Assembly: GCF_050703695.1 (NCBI RefSeq)
Contig: NZ_CP077551.1
Source: Escherichia coli O111:H2
GTDB taxonomy: Bacteria > Pseudomonadota > Gammaproteobacteria > Enterobacterales > Enterobacteriaceae
Reading direction: 5' to 3' (one strand)
DNA: 32,000 nucleotides
The notes under the pieces are model-generated. The model did not search any database. It saw nothing but the letters and a program-made list of their open reading frames with translations, and was not told the origin of the DNA. Position numbers and translations under genes: made by a program. Each line of letters opens with the position of its first letter. Position 1 is the stretch's first letter. Below are positions 13,132-28,717 of this stretch, piece by piece.

Positions 13132-13722
13132 TTAGTATTCAACCTGATGCTTAATAAGCCGATGAAACTGGATCTGCAAGGTATTGATCATTTGCGATGA
13201 CCAACGAACCGCGCTGTTTTCGGGTAATGAATGGGGCATCCATACCGACCAGACAAATAATGCCATGCAGATAAAACGTTCCAGTTGGTTGCCCTTTTGG
13301 GGAACCAGGATAGGCAAGCGGAAACGCCAGCGACATGGCCAGAGCAGGGGAACACCGGCGGGTGTCAGCATATCGGCAAGTATGTGGCTTAAATAACCCA
13401 GCACCATTCCTTGTAGCGCATCAGCCGGAATGAACCAGCTTTCAGGAACCTTAAGGTAAAAGGTTGCCAGCAGCGCAAATACCGCCAGCAGACTGTGGGT
13501 AAAACCACGATGCCCAAAAGCGCGGGCGATCGGTTTTGATATCCACTTTAATCGCTGCCCAAGAAACGACTTTGGGTGATCGATGTCCGGTAACAAACAC
13601 GTCAGGATTGCGGAAGGGACAATATGCCACCAGTCACCCTGTGCCAGCACGGGCGTCAGCTCGGCATTTTTGGCAAATACCGCACAAGCAATAGAAAAGA
13701 GAAGGTGACCTTCCGCCGTCAT
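13132..13722 (-). CDS. ydjM: LexA-regulated inner membrane metal-dependent hydrolase family protein
   Basis: MTAEGHLLFSIACAVFAKNAELTPVLAQGDWWHIVPS... with HRGFTHS motif. The track ORF starts four codons upstream (13734). Confidence 0.93.
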   Translation of the reverse strand: MTAEGHLLFSIACAVFAKNAELTPVLAQGDWWHIVPSAILTCLLPDIDHPKSFLGQRLKWISKPIARAFGHRGFTHSLLAVFALLATFYLKVPESWFIPADALQGMVLGYLSHILADMLTPAGVPLLWPCRWRFRLPILVPQKGNQLERFICMALFVWSVWMPHSLPENSAVRWSSQMINTLQIQFHRLIKHQVEY

Positions 13723-13736
13723 GATAAAACTCACTA

Positions 13737-13756
13737 AACTGTCGATACGTACAGTA
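13737..13756 (-). promoter_or_regulatory. LexA box 1 of ydjM
   Basis: Perfect CTGT-N8-ACAG core (ctgtcgatacgtacag) at 13739..13754, immediately upstream of ydjM. Confidence 0.88.
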
Positions 13757-13776
13757 TAGGATTTTTATACAGTGCA
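13757..13776 (-). promoter_or_regulatory. Possible second, imperfect LexA box of ydjM
   Basis: Reverse complement contains CACTGTATAAAAATCCTATA, a half-conserved SOS box next to the first. Confidence 0.5.
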
Positions 13777-13852
13777 CGGAAGTGGTGACGGTGTAACTCT
13801 TTCTCTTAAATTGACGATTAATCCGTCAGTTGAATGCAAATTCAGATAAAGA

Positions 13853-13882
13853 ACCAGGGGCAGCGAGATCACTGCCCCTGGT
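13853..13882 (-). terminator. Stem-loop downstream of hxpB/yniC
   Basis: accaggggcag-cgagatca-ctgcccctggt inverted repeat just beyond the gene stop. Confidence 0.6.
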
Positions 13883-13884
13883 CA

Positions 13885-14553
13885 TTAACCGAGAAGGTCT
13901 TTTGCGGTGAGTTCTGTCAGCGATGAGAGTTTGACGTTTGCTAATACAAAACGTGGATCATTTTGCGCTTCTGGCGCAGGAACGACAATGGAACGCATGC
14001 GGGCTGCTTTAGAGGCGATCATGCCATTTACTGAATCTTCCAGCGCTACGCAGGTCAGTGGGTCAACGCCCAGTTTTGCTGCGCAGTCGAGATATACTTG
14101 CGGATGCGGCTTGCTGTAAGGCAGTTTTTCAGCCGAGGCGAGGGCATCGAAACTGTCGCGTAAGTCAAACATGGTCAACACTTTTTCCAGCATATGTAGT
14201 GGTGACGCGGAGGCCAGTCCCACCAATAAACCTTGTTCTTTGCATAACGCAACGGCTTCGCGCACGCCTGGTAATAATGGACGTGTCTCTTCAACCAGTG
14301 AAATGGCACGGGCAATAACCCGTTCTACTACTTCCTGACGGCTTGGCCCATTCCACGGTTGCCGGGCGTACCAAAGATCGACCACCATATCGATGCGTAA
14401 ACCTAAGGTGTCCGGCAGCTCGTTACGACGGGAGATATCCACCCCCAGGCTTGCCATCACATCCAGTTCGGCTCGATCCCATAAAGGTTCTGAGTCGATA
14501 AGTAATCCATCCATATCAAAAATTGCAGCAAGAATCTGACGCGGGGTTGACAT
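13885..14553 (-). CDS. hxpB: Hexitol phosphatase / 2-deoxyglucose-6-phosphatase (HAD family)
   Basis: 222 aa ORF with DMDGLLIDSEP HAD motif I; YniC. Confidence 0.95.
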   Translation of the reverse strand: MSTPRQILAAIFDMDGLLIDSEPLWDRAELDVMASLGVDISRRNELPDTLGLRIDMVVDLWYARQPWNGPSRQEVVERVIARAISLVEETRPLLPGVREAVALCKEQGLLVGLASASPLHMLEKVLTMFDLRDSFDALASAEKLPYSKPHPQVYLDCAAKLGVDPLTCVALEDSVNGMIASKAARMRSIVVPAPEAQNDPRFVLANVKLSSLTELTAKDLLG

Positions 14554-14699
14554 TACAACCTCTCCTTTAGAGCATTATGTGTAAGGTATTAAGCCGTGCT
14601 TATGATTAAGCGCCTATCATATCGCCTTTAAAGAATGGGCGAAAACAGATATCTACAGGTAAACTAAGTGAAACGACGCGTCTTAATCAAGGAGAACTC

Positions 14700-15236
14700 A
14701 TGACGTATCAACAAGCTGGACGCATTGCTGTTTTGAAAAGGATTTTGGGTTGGGTGATTTTTATACCTGCATTGATCTCTACATTGATTTCTTTGCTGAA
14801 ATTTATGAATACCCGGCAGGAAAACCAGGAAGGCATTAATGCGGTCATGCTCGACTTTACTCATGTCATGATCGATATGATGCAGGCGAATACGCCTTTT
14901 TTGAATCTGTTCTGGTATAACTCCCCGACGCCCAATTTTAATGGTGGCGTGAACGTTATGTTCTGGGTGATTTTCATCCTGATTTTTGTCGGACTGGCGT
15001 TGCAGGATTCCGGTGCCCGGATGAGTCGCCAGGCGCGCTTCTTGCGGGAAGGTGTTGAAGATCAACTCATTCTGGAAAAAGCCAAAGGGGAAGAGGGGCT
15101 AACGCGTGAACAAATTGAGTCCCGTATTGTTGTTCCGCACCATACTATTTTCCTGCAGTTTTTCTCACTATATATCCTGCCGGTTATTTGTATTGCTGCA
15201 GGTTATGTGTTCTTTTCTCTGCTTGGGTTTATTTAA
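14700..15236 (+). CDS. yniB: Inner membrane protein YniB
   Basis: 178 aa ORF MTYQQAGRIAVLKRILGWVIFIPALIS... with multiple hydrophobic segments. Confidence 0.93.
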   Translation: MTYQQAGRIAVLKRILGWVIFIPALISTLISLLKFMNTRQENQEGINAVMLDFTHVMIDMMQANTPFLNLFWYNSPTPNFNGGVNVMFWVIFILIFVGLALQDSGARMSRQARFLREGVEDQLILEKAKGEEGLTREQIESRIVVPHHTIFLQFFSLYILPVICIAAGYVFFSLLGFI

Positions 15237-15276
15237 TCAAAAGGCCGCACGGAGCGGCCATTATCCTCAACCCATA

Positions 15277-16137
15277 TCATGCTGCTAATAATCTATCCAA
15301 TGACTGCTGAGCAATAACCAAATGCTGACCGCCAAATAATCTTGCACGATTTAACAGCGTGTAGAGTTGGTAAACCGGTTGACGTTCAAGGAAATCGGCA
15401 GGTAGCGGGGATACTGACTGATAGCCGTCATAGATTTGTGGCGGCTGTTCAGTATGCAGCGGTAACATCGCCAGGTCGCACTCTCGGTCACCCCAGTAGC
15501 AGGCAGGGTCGAAAATGTACGGGCCATCCGGACCCAGCGCACAGTTGCCGGACCATAAATCGCCGTGCAACAGAGAAGGCTGCGGTTGATGCGAGGCCAG
15601 ACGCTGCTGAATATGCTCGACGATGGCGTCGATATTGCCGAAAGCGATCCCTTTCTCTGCTGCCAGTTCCAACTGCCAGCCAATCCGTTGTTCAGCAAAA
15701 AACGTTGACCAGCGACGTTGCCAGGTGTTGGGCTGTGGAGTTGTGGAGAGCGAGTTATCAAAATCGAGGCCAAATTGTGGTTGGTCACTCCATTGATGTA
15801 AACGCGCAATTTGCTGACCAAGAATAAATGCGCTATGCGCATCCAGCGGACGAGGTGGGAGATAATCCATCACCAGAAAACTGTAGTCACGGTCAGCGCC
15901 TACTGCCCAAACCTTAGGCACGGTGACGGTTTTACTACGCGACAGTAACTCCAGTTGGTCGGCTTCGGCGGTAAAACCGGGAAGCAGTTCCCTTTCATCA
16001 CATTTGACGAAAAAGTCATGTCCTGCATAGCGCAAATGCCATGCGGCATGGACTTCTCCGCCAGGCAGTTCATTACGCAGTTCGATTTCGCCTTCACCTA
16101 ACTGCTCGCTCAAAAGACGACTGATTGCCTGCCACAT
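15277..16137 (-). CDS. yniA: Fructosamine kinase family protein YniA
   Basis: 286 aa ORF with kinase motifs PSLLHGDLWSGNCA and YIFDPACYWGDRECD. Confidence 0.94.
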   Translation of the reverse strand: MWQAISRLLSEQLGEGEIELRNELPGGEVHAAWHLRYAGHDFFVKCDERELLPGFTAEADQLELLSRSKTVTVPKVWAVGADRDYSFLVMDYLPPRPLDAHSAFILGQQIARLHQWSDQPQFGLDFDNSLSTTPQPNTWQRRWSTFFAEQRIGWQLELAAEKGIAFGNIDAIVEHIQQRLASHQPQPSLLHGDLWSGNCALGPDGPYIFDPACYWGDRECDLAMLPLHTEQPPQIYDGYQSVSPLPADFLERQPVYQLYTLLNRARLFGGQHLVIAQQSLDRLLAA

Positions 16138-16242
16138 GATGTCTCTCCCATGTTGTCTGCCAGATCATAAGGTTAGCGCAAGAATGCGGTGTAAAAACAC
16201 GAGCTAACGCACACCACAGACTGATTATTGCCCAAAAACCAT

Positions 16243-16533
16243 TTATTTTCTGTTGCTATTCCATTCCTCCCAGGTCGTGATGGTGATTTCAGGATCTTTG
16301 CCGGTTGCACTTTGGGTAAGCCCCGAAACCAGTTCTCTAATTTCTTCTTCACTTTGGGTACTGATAAGTCCAAAAGTGTTAGTCCCCAGCTCATGGATAT
16401 TTCCCTCATCATCCGTCATGGTGAGCAAAAAACCGTCGCGAGTCAGGTAATTATTCAACTCGTTAATTTCAGTCAATGTATCCTCATGCAACATGACGGT
16501 TATGACATAACGGACAAGATCGCCACTGGCCAT
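16243..16533 (-). CDS. ydiZ: Conserved hypothetical protein YdiZ
   Basis: 96 aa ORF MASGDLVRYVITVMLHEDTLTEINELNNYL...; position next to pfkB. Confidence 0.85.
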   Translation of the reverse strand: MASGDLVRYVITVMLHEDTLTEINELNNYLTRDGFLLTMTDDEGNIHELGTNTFGLISTQSEEEIRELVSGLTQSATGKDPEITITTWEEWNSNRK

Positions 16534-16633
16534 AGTTCACCCCTTTGTTATCACATGACTTTTGAGCATAGTCGGAGAAACGCGTTGCCGACAGGTTGGT
16601 GGTGATTCCCCCAATGCTGGGGGAATGTTTTTG

Positions 16634-17563
16634 TTAGCGGGAAAGGTAAGCGTAAATTTTTTGCGTATCGTCATGGGAGCACAGACGTGTTCCCTGATTG
16701 AGTGTGGCTGCACTCCCCGCAGCTACGCCAAAACGGACCATCTCTTCAAGAGAGGCATTTTCTGCCAGTTTCAGTGTCATCGCGCCGACCATGCTGTCAC
16801 CAGCGCCAACGGTACTCTGGCTTTTCACCGGTGGTGGCACCACCTGAATGCAGTTTTCACTATCAACATCCAGCGCTCCTTGTGGACCAAGGGAAACGAC
16901 AACCCGTTTGGCCTTGCCGCTATTAACGATTTCCTGCGCGGCTTTGCGGACATCGTCTGGCTGGGTGAGTTCGCGATTCACCAGCGCACTGAGTTCTTTT
17001 TGGTTAGGCTTAACCAACTCGATGTTACCAATCGCCAGTGCTGCACTTAACGCTTCGCCAGAACTGTCGATGATGCAGCGGATCCCTTGGTTTTGCGCAG
17101 CGGAAATCAGTTGGGTTAATTTTTCCAGCTTCACACCTGGCGGCAGGCTTCCGCTTATGACCAGGATGGCCCCGGATTCAATTTCCAGAACTTGCTCTTC
17201 AAGCTGGCGAAACTCATCTTCATTTAATGCCGCGCCTGGCATAACAAAACGATACTGCTCACCGCTTGCTTCCACATGTACGTGTAAATTCTGCCGGGTC
17301 CAGTCTTTGGCTTCTACAGTAGCGACGGGGACATTTTCATCCGCCAACAGAGAAACCAGGTGTTCGCCGGTCGCGCCACCCGCCGGGAAGATCGCTGTGG
17401 CACTGCCTCCAAGATGGGCAATGGCGCGGGCGACGTTGATGCCGCCGCCCCCGGGTTCGAACACCGGTGCGGTACAGCGCAGTTTTCCTTCGGGATAAAT
17501 TTGCGGGGTAATTGTTGCGCTATCGAGAGAGGGCGCAAGTGTCAACGTATAGATACGTACCAT
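16634..17563 (-). CDS. pfkB: 6-phosphofructokinase II
   Basis: MVRIYTLTLAPSLDSATITPQIYPEGKLRC..., PfkB-family GAGDSMVGA motif. The track ORF begins one codon upstream (17566). Confidence 0.97.
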   Translation of the reverse strand: MVRIYTLTLAPSLDSATITPQIYPEGKLRCTAPVFEPGGGGINVARAIAHLGGSATAIFPAGGATGEHLVSLLADENVPVATVEAKDWTRQNLHVHVEASGEQYRFVMPGAALNEDEFRQLEEQVLEIESGAILVISGSLPPGVKLEKLTQLISAAQNQGIRCIIDSSGEALSAALAIGNIELVKPNQKELSALVNRELTQPDDVRKAAQEIVNSGKAKRVVVSLGPQGALDVDSENCIQVVPPPVKSQSTVGAGDSMVGAMTLKLAENASLEEMVRFGVAAGSAATLNQGTRLCSHDDTQKIYAYLSR

Positions 17564-17849
17564 CATTTCCTCCTATAGGCTGATTTCAGTCTGGCACCGA
17601 ATCAGCCGAAAGTGAAGAAATTAACAATATGATTTATTAGAGCTTTATTTAAAATTTTGCAGATAAATATATATAAATAAAAATCTGTTTTCGCCACATG
17701 CTTATTCAAAAAATGAAATAAGAATACATTGCTAAGTTATTCGCGCCTTTTTATAATTCGTTACCTTTCCAGGGACGCTAATCTTTGATCCTTAAGAAAG
17801 TTTCCGGGACCGCGATGGTCTCTTTTTTTGTTGTACGGACTCTTGATAA

Positions 17850-18608
17850 ATGAAGCTTTTGAAGACAGTTCCTGCCATCGTTATGTTGGCGGGGGGCATG
17901 TTTGCGTCACTGAATGCAGCTGCCGATGATTCCGTTTTTACTGTCATGGACGATCCTGCCAGCGCTAAAAAACCTTTCGAAGGTAATCTGAACGCAGGAT
18001 ATCTTGCACAATCAGGCAATACGAAAAGCTCCTCACTTACGGCTGACACCACCATGACCTGGTATGGACAAACCACTGCCTGGTCGCTGTGGGGGAACGC
18101 CAGTAATACTTCTTCTAATGATGAGCGTTCTTCAGAAAAATATGCGGCGGGCGGGCGTAGCCGTTTTAATTTAACTGATTATGACTATTTATTTGGTCAG
18201 GCAAGCTGGCTGACAGACCGTTATAACGGCTATCGAGAGCGCGATGTGTTGACCGCGGGTTATGGTCATCAGTTTTTGAATGGCCCGGTACACAGTTTCC
18301 GCTTTGAATTCGGTCCAGGTGTGCGTTACGACAAATATACCGACAATGCCAGTGAAACCCAGCCGCTGGGCTATGCCTCCGGGGCTTATGCATGGCAGTT
18401 GACTGACAACGCTAAATTTACGCAGGGTGTTTCGGTCTTTGGCGCGGAAGACACAACGCTGAACTCCGAAAGCGCATTAAATGTTGCTATTAATGAACAT
18501 TTTGGACTGAAGGTGGCTTACAACGTCACATGGAACTCTGAACCTCCAGAGTCTGCACCGGAACATACCGACCGTCGGACAACCTTATCGCTGGGCTACA
18601 GCATGTAA
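17850..18608 (+). CDS. ydiY: Acid-inducible DUF481 outer membrane-type protein YdiY
   Basis: 252 aa ORF with signal peptide and NAGYLAQSGNTKSSSLTADTTMTW repeat pattern typical of DUF481. Confidence 0.93.
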   Translation: MKLLKTVPAIVMLAGGMFASLNAAADDSVFTVMDDPASAKKPFEGNLNAGYLAQSGNTKSSSLTADTTMTWYGQTTAWSLWGNASNTSSNDERSSEKYAAGGRSRFNLTDYDYLFGQASWLTDRYNGYRERDVLTAGYGHQFLNGPVHSFRFEFGPGVRYDKYTDNASETQPLGYASGAYAWQLTDNAKFTQGVSVFGAEDTTLNSESALNVAINEHFGLKVAYNVTWNSEPPESAPEHTDRRTTLSLGYSM

Positions 18609-18660
18609 AATTATCTGCCGGACCGTGTTATGCGGTCTGGCTGTCTTCGTTTGTCACTGC

Positions 18661-18768
18661 TCAGCCCCAAATCATTGCTGCCCAACGTAGCAACAACATA
18701 GCGCCACAGATTGCCAGTAGCACCACCACCATCTTCCAGTGTTTTTTATCAAAGCGTTTAGTCGGCAT
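18661..18768 (-). CDS. yniD: Small membrane protein YniD (35 aa)
   Basis: Internal ATG at 18766..18768 gives MPTKRFDKKHWKMVVVLLAICGAMLLLRWAAMIWG. The upstream part of the 72 aa track ORF is probably not coding. Confidence 0.9.
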   Translation of the reverse strand: MPTKRFDKKHWKMVVVLLAICGAMLLLRWAAMIWG

Positions 18769-18939
18769 ACCAGTGTCCTGCATATCTCTTGTGCGTGATA
18801 ACGGAGTGTAACAAAAGGGACGGGCATCAAGGGATTTTTTGTTATTACAGCCGTTGGGTGGCGTTGTACACCTGGTCACTGTTTCTGCGTTTTATGAAAA
18901 AAATAAAATTATGTATCGATATATATCGTAAATAGCTGG

Positions 18940-20838
18940 TTATAAATACGTCTTTATTTCATCAGCACTAAAACTCAGGCTTTGGCTGATGACATTTATA
19001 GCAGCATAATATGTTTCTACAGTTTTATAATGCTTATGATGAATGGCTATATGAACAGCTGACATGTTGTCATGATTTTTAGCGGCCAATAGTGTAAATA
19101 ACTGATGTTGACTAAAAGAATGTTTTTTTGCAAAAGCACCCAGCGTCGATATATAAGATAACACGACGTCTTCATTACCCTTGCTCATGGCGATGTATAA
19201 TGCAGGGGTTCCCTGTGCTGTCGCGCCTTTTAATAAGTCCATGATGTTGATTTTGCTGAGTTTATATTTAACGGCGATTCCATAAACTTTAGAGAGGAAC
19301 CGTGTGACACACAAAGGGTGATTATTTTCCATTGCAGCAAATAACCCTGGTTCACCATCACGTGTTTTCATGGCTAAAATATCCATCACCATTTTTTTGT
19401 TTAAAAGTTCTTGTGCTATTGGAGTGGTTAATGCATTCAGAAAGATATCGATTATTTCATCGAATCCATACAACATGGAGATATAGAGTCCAGGTATTTC
19501 GTTAGCACTTTTAGTTTGCAGTAATTTAACCAGGTTATCTTCATGAATGATGTGATTATCTACCAGTGACTGAATTTCTTGCATAAATATTTTCACGTTG
19601 TCAGTATGTCCGTTCATCATAGCCAAAAATAAAGCAGGTGTACCAACGCTATTCTGCGCAGTTATTATTTCAATGATTTCTTTTTCAGGGAGTATGGGCA
19701 ACTGTTTGAATAATGTAATAAGCTGTTGAGTCTGGCCTGTAGCCATTATTAACAACATTGCCGATGGATGTATAGGGGCAAATGGCATTCGTGATGCAAT
19801 ACCCGCGAAAATAGCCCCTGGAACTCCCACAGGTAATAGGGGCAGAATAGCAATTGCACAGTTGCGAACATACCTATCAGCCCAGGTCTGAGCATCGGGA
19901 CCTGAACTGATGAACTTATCAAGCGAAAGAAAGCCCCGTGCTGTCCTGTGGGTGTCTCTGACGGCAACGTTGGTATCGTTCGGGTCGTAAACGGACACAA
20001 CATAGTTTAATTGTCCATACACTGACTGCTTTATTCGTAGCCTTACTGACAAAGTATGATTGTCTATATATAAAATCGCGGACATATGACTGATATTGTT
20101 TGCCATCATTCGACAAAAGAAAAAATCTAAAGCGAAGCCAAAATCCTTACTCGCGATAACGCGACTCCCTGCAGGAGGATGGCGAAGTAATGCTCTGAAC
20201 TCCGCGTCCCGGACTAAGGGGACATGCTGCTGTATGGATTCAACGGAGGAGTAATGTTTAATCAGGTTGACTTTGCCTTTTCCATTTCTCAATGAATCAA
20301 GGGCGTATTGCAATGACAGATGGCGACAAAAAATAGCGTCAGAAGGAGATTGCAAAAAACATGCACTACCATTGAGATTTACTGTTGGGTGTATAGTTTT
20401 TTCTCTATGGATTTTTTTAGACAGTTTCATACAATGGTTACGATCTTCAGCAGTTAACTGTTCCTGTTCAATATAATCCAGTATGCTTCGCAAATGGTTA
20501 GCTTTAATAGGCGTGGTTTCCAGTAATAAGGAAATGATATCTTTTTTATAGTGTAATGTAATGAGTATATTTTCTGCATGGATGGGTGAAGTGGCAAGGT
20601 TAATGGTAAAAAGGGCAGTGGAATAACAATTTTGTGATATTTTTCGACAGTTTGCGGTAAATTCCTGAGTAACACAGTATGACAGCATCGAACTTAAGTC
20701 AGAGGTATCAAGTAGGGTGATGAGCTGGCGCGCAAATTTATTAATAGGCTCTGATGAAGGTGTTGGTATGTCGCTATCGATGTGCAATCTATGAGGAGAC
20801 TTATAATGAGTTCTGATAATGATATCGTTTTGACTCAT
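18940..20838 (-). CDS. arpB: Ankyrin-repeat-like protein, full-length ArpB-type
   Basis: 632 aa uninterrupted ORF. The C-terminal half has degenerate ankyrin-like units: [83 protein letters not shown]. It lies at the position of K-12 arpB, between yniD and thrS. Confidence 0.8.
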   Translation of the reverse strand: MSQNDIIIRTHYKSPHRLHIDSDIPTPSSEPINKFARQLITLLDTSDLSSMLSYCVTQEFTANCRKISQNCYSTALFTINLATSPIHAENILITLHYKKDIISLLLETTPIKANHLRSILDYIEQEQLTAEDRNHCMKLSKKIHREKTIHPTVNLNGSACFLQSPSDAIFCRHLSLQYALDSLRNGKGKVNLIKHYSSVESIQQHVPLVRDAEFRALLRHPPAGSRVIASKDFGFALDFFFCRMMANNISHMSAILYIDNHTLSVRLRIKQSVYGQLNYVVSVYDPNDTNVAVRDTHRTARGFLSLDKFISSGPDAQTWADRYVRNCAIAILPLLPVGVPGAIFAGIASRMPFAPIHPSAMLLIMATGQTQQLITLFKQLPILPEKEIIEIITAQNSVGTPALFLAMMNGHTDNVKIFMQEIQSLVDNHIIHEDNLVKLLQTKSANEIPGLYISMLYGFDEIIDIFLNALTTPIAQELLNKKMVMDILAMKTRDGEPGLFAAMENNHPLCVTRFLSKVYGIAVKYKLSKINIMDLLKGATAQGTPALYIAMSKGNEDVVLSYISTLGAFAKKHSFSQHQLFTLLAAKNHDNMSAVHIAIHHKHYKTVETYYAAINVISQSLSFSADEIKTYL

Positions 20839-21319
20839 AATCTATTCGCCTTATATATATCTGGAGGTTTTGAGGATGATGATTAATTATTATCGCCAGA
20901 ACGAAATGTGCACGAAAAATTGTTATAAGAATTGTGTCACTTTTATCATTGTGATATGACCACTTCGTCATTAATCTCATGAGCGTTTAAAATACTACCG
21001 CCAAATCACGCAACGAACTTTGCTGGATTCAGTTTATGCTGCTGTAAATCCGCTCGCAGTAAACCTTTCAGACGCACCGTGATGTTATCAGTGGTTCTTT
21101 AAGCGTTTTGCTGGTGTACTCACTACAAACGAATTGCGAATCGAATCAATGTGAAACGGAAAGGTACAATCTCCCTTTTTTTAGTGTTAACATCGCTCAA
21201 CCGGGTGGAAGGTGAGAGGTTAATGTCTTTCATTTGTGTACCTGATTGCGAACCAATTTAGCATTTGTTGGCTAGATGGTTTCGCAATGAACTGTTAATA
21301 AACAAATTTTTCTTTGTAT

Positions 21320-21340
21320 GTGATCTTTCGTGTGGGTCAC
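21320..21340 (+). promoter_or_regulatory. thrS mRNA operator hairpin mimicking the tRNA-Thr anticodon arm
   Basis: gtgatctttcgtgtgggtcac just 5' of the thrS RBS: GTGA/TCAC stem with CGT in the loop, as in the described thrS autoregulatory operator. Confidence 0.75.
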
Positions 21341-21361
21341 CACTGCAAATAAGGATATAAA

Positions 21362-23290
21362 ATGCCTGTTATAACTCTTCCTGATGGCAGCCAACGCCAT
21401 TACGACCACGCTGTAAGCCCCATGGATGTTGCGCTGGACATTGGTCCAGGTCTGGCGAAAGCCTGTATCGCAGGGCGCGTTAATGGCGAACTGGTTGATG
21501 CTTGCGATCTGATTGAAAACGACGCACAACTGTCCATCATTACCGCCAAAGACGAAGACGGTCTGGAGATCATTCGTCACTCCTGTGCGCACCTGTTAGG
21601 GCACGCGATTAAACAACTTTGGCCGCATACCAAAATGGCAATCGGCCCGGTTATTGACAACGGTTTTTATTACGACGTTGATCTTGACCGCACGTTAACC
21701 CAGGAAGATGTCGAAGCACTCGAGAAGCGGATGCATGAGCTTGCTGAGAAAAACTACGACGTCATTAAGAAGAAAGTCAGCTGGCACGAAGCGCGTGAAA
21801 CTTTCGCCAACCGTGGGGAGAGCTACAAAGTCTCCATTCTTGACGAAAACATCGCCCATGATGACAAGCCAGGTCTGTACTTCCATGAAGAATATGTCGA
21901 TATGTGCCGCGGTCCGCACGTACCGAACATGCGTTTCTGCCATCATTTCAAACTAATGAAAACGGCAGGGGCTTACTGGCGTGGCGACAGCAACAACAAA
22001 ATGTTGCAACGTATTTACGGTACGGCGTGGGCAGACAAAAAAGCGCTTAACGCTTACCTGCAGCGCCTGGAAGAAGCCGCGAAACGCGACCACCGTAAAA
22101 TCGGTAAACAGCTCGACCTGTACCATATGCAGGAAGAAGCGCCGGGTATGGTATTCTGGCACAACGACGGCTGGACCATCTTCCGTGAACTAGAAGTGTT
22201 TGTTCGTTCTAAACTGAAAGAGTACCAGTATCAGGAAGTTAAAGGTCCGTTCATGATGGACCGTGTCCTGTGGGAAAAAACCGGTCACTGGGACAACTAC
22301 AAAGATGCAATGTTCACCACGTCTTCTGAGAACCGTGAATACTGCATTAAGCCGATGAACTGCCCGGGTCACGTACAAATTTTCAACCAGGGGCTGAAGT
22401 CTTATCGCGATCTGCCGCTGCGTATGGCCGAGTTTGGTAGCTGCCACCGTAATGAGCCGTCAGGTTCGCTGCATGGCCTGATGCGCGTGCGTGGATTTAC
22501 CCAGGATGACGCGCATATCTTCTGTACTGAAGAACAAATTCGCGATGAAGTTAACGGATGTATCCGTTTAGTCTATGATATGTACAGCACTTTTGGCTTC
22601 GAGAAGATCGTCGTCAAACTCTCCACTCGTCCTGAAAAACGTATTGGCAGTGATGAAATGTGGGATCGTGCTGAGGCGGACCTGGCGGTTGCGCTGGAAG
22701 AAAACAACATCCCGTTTGAATATCAACTGGGTGAAGGCGCTTTCTACGGTCCGAAAATTGAATTTACCCTGTATGACTGCCTCGATCGTGCATGGCAGTG
22801 CGGTACAGTACAGCTGGACTTCTCTTTGCCTTCTCGTCTGAGCGCTTCTTATGTAGGCGAAGACAATGAACGTAAAGTACCGGTAATGATTCACCGCGCA
22901 ATTCTGGGATCGATGGAACGTTTCATCGGTATCCTGACCGAAGAATTCGCTGGTTTCTTCCCGACCTGGCTTGCGCCAGTTCAGGTTGTTATCATGAATA
23001 TTACCGATTCACAGTCTGAATACGTTAACGAATTGACGCAAAAACTATCAAATGCGGGCATTCGTGTTAAAGCAGACTTGAGAAATGAGAAGATTGGCTT
23101 TAAAATCCGCGAGCACACTTTGCGTCGCGTCCCATATATGCTGGTCTGTGGTGATAAAGAGGTGGAATCAGGCAAAGTTGCCGTTCGCACCCGCCGTGGT
23201 AAAGACCTGGGAAGCATGGACGTAAATGAAGTGATCGAGAAGCTGCAACAAGAGATTCGCAGCCGCAGTCTTAAACAATTGGAGGAATAA
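21362..23290 (+). CDS. thrS: Threonyl-tRNA synthetase
   Basis: 642 aa [31 protein letters not shown]... with class II aaRS motifs. Confidence 0.98.
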   Translation: MPVITLPDGSQRHYDHAVSPMDVALDIGPGLAKACIAGRVNGELVDACDLIENDAQLSIITAKDEDGLEIIRHSCAHLLGHAIKQLWPHTKMAIGPVIDNGFYYDVDLDRTLTQEDVEALEKRMHELAEKNYDVIKKKVSWHEARETFANRGESYKVSILDENIAHDDKPGLYFHEEYVDMCRGPHVPNMRFCHHFKLMKTAGAYWRGDSNNKMLQRIYGTAWADKKALNAYLQRLEEAAKRDHRKIGKQLDLYHMQEEAPGMVFWHNDGWTIFRELEVFVRSKLKEYQYQEVKGPFMMDRVLWEKTGHWDNYKDAMFTTSSENREYCIKPMNCPGHVQIFNQGLKSYRDLPLRMAEFGSCHRNEPSGSLHGLMRVRGFTQDDAHIFCTEEQIRDEVNGCIRLVYDMYSTFGFEKIVVKLSTRPEKRIGSDEMWDRAEADLAVALEENNIPFEYQLGEGAFYGPKIEFTLYDCLDRAWQCGTVQLDFSLPSRLSASYVGEDNERKVPVMIHRAILGSMERFIGILTEEFAGFFPTWLAPVQVVIMNITDSQSEYVNELTQKLSNAGIRVKADLRNEKIGFKIREHTLRRVPYMLVCGDKEVESGKVAVRTRRGKDLGSMDVNEVIEKLQQEIRSRSLKQLEE

Positions 23291-23836
<546 letters not shown>

Positions 23837-23908
23837 GGCCTTCAAGTAGCACTGTCTGTGGAGCCTTCGGGCTTCACAGGCTTTGTTCGCCTTTGTTTCG
23901 TTTATTAA

Positions 23909-24130
<222 letters not shown>

Positions 24131-24155
24131 GCCGTTAACGTTTTTAACTTTTTAA

Positions 24156-24539
<384 letters not shown>

Positions 24540-24548
24540 GCCAGTTGA

Positions 24549-24573
24549 AAGAGGGAGCTAGTCTCCCTCTTTT
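24549..24573 (+). terminator. Terminator after rplT
   Basis: aagagggagctagtctccctctttt: GC-rich stem with T run. Confidence 0.8.
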
Positions 24574-24661
24574 CGTTTCAACGCCATCAAAACATTGACT
24601 TTTATCGCCGTAGCCTTTTCAATAAAGGTCTTTTGAAGAGTACCAAAAGGTAACGCAAGCA

Positions 24662-24706
24662 ATGAATGCTGCTATTTTCCGCTTCTTTTTTTACTTTAGC
24701 ACCTGA
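24662..24706 (+). CDS. pheM: pheST operon leader peptide (14 aa, Phe-rich)
   Basis: ATGAATGCTGCTATTTTCCGCTTCTTTTTTTACTTTAGCACCTGA = [14 protein letters not shown], upstream of an attenuator and pheS. Confidence 0.95.
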
Positions 24707-24752
24707 ATCCAGGAGGCTAGCGCGTGAGAAGAGAAACGGAAAACAGCGCCTG

Positions 24753-24778
24753 AAAGCCTCCCAGTGGAGGCTTTTTTT
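24753..24778 (+). terminator. pheST attenuator terminator
   Basis: aaagcctcccagtggaggcttttttt directly downstream of pheM. Confidence 0.9.
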
Positions 24779-24947
24779 GTATGCGCGTTTTGAAAAATAA
24801 AAAGCCTGTCTCATCAGGTGTAATTGTCGCAGCCAGTCTGGACACGGCCAGCGCGGAGAAACCGGAGCGTATTTAAGTACGTGAGAATTTCGAGCACTGC
24901 CCGGGACCAAAATGGCAAGTAAAATAGCCTGATGGGATAGGCTCTAA

Positions 24948-25973
<1,026 letters not shown>

Positions 25974-25984
25974 GGCAGGAATAG

Positions 25985-28375
<2,391 letters not shown>

Positions 28376-28379
28376 ACCT

Positions 28380-28679
28380 ATGGCGCTTACAAAAGCTGAA
28401 ATGTCAGAATATCTGTTTGATAAGCTTGGGCTTAGCAAGCGGGATGCCAAAGAACTGGTTGAACTGTTTTTCGAAGAGATCCGTCGCGCTCTGGAAAACG
28501 GCGAACAGGTGAAACTCTCTGGTTTTGGTAACTTCGATCTGCGTGATAAGAATCAACGCCCGGGACGTAACCCGAAAACGGGCGAGGATATTCCCATTAC
28601 AGCACGGCGCGTGGTGACCTTCAGACCCGGGCAGAAGTTAAAAAGCCGGGTCGAAAACGCTTCGCCCAAAGACGAGTAA
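28380..28679 (+). CDS. ihfA: Integration host factor alpha subunit
   Basis: 99 aa [39 protein letters not shown]... Confidence 0.98.
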
Positions 28680-28691
28680 TCTGATCTAACT

Positions 28692-28717
28692 AAAAAGGCC
28701 GCTCTGCGGCCTTTTTT
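28692..28717 (+). terminator. ihfA terminator; possible part of the prophage attachment site
   Basis: aaaaaggccgctctgcggcctttttt: strong stem with T run at the chromosome/prophage junction. Confidence 0.85.

Noticed and set aside
16848-17498. 216-aa plus-strand ORF inside pfkB
   Set aside because: Antisense shadow ORF with no recognisable motif.
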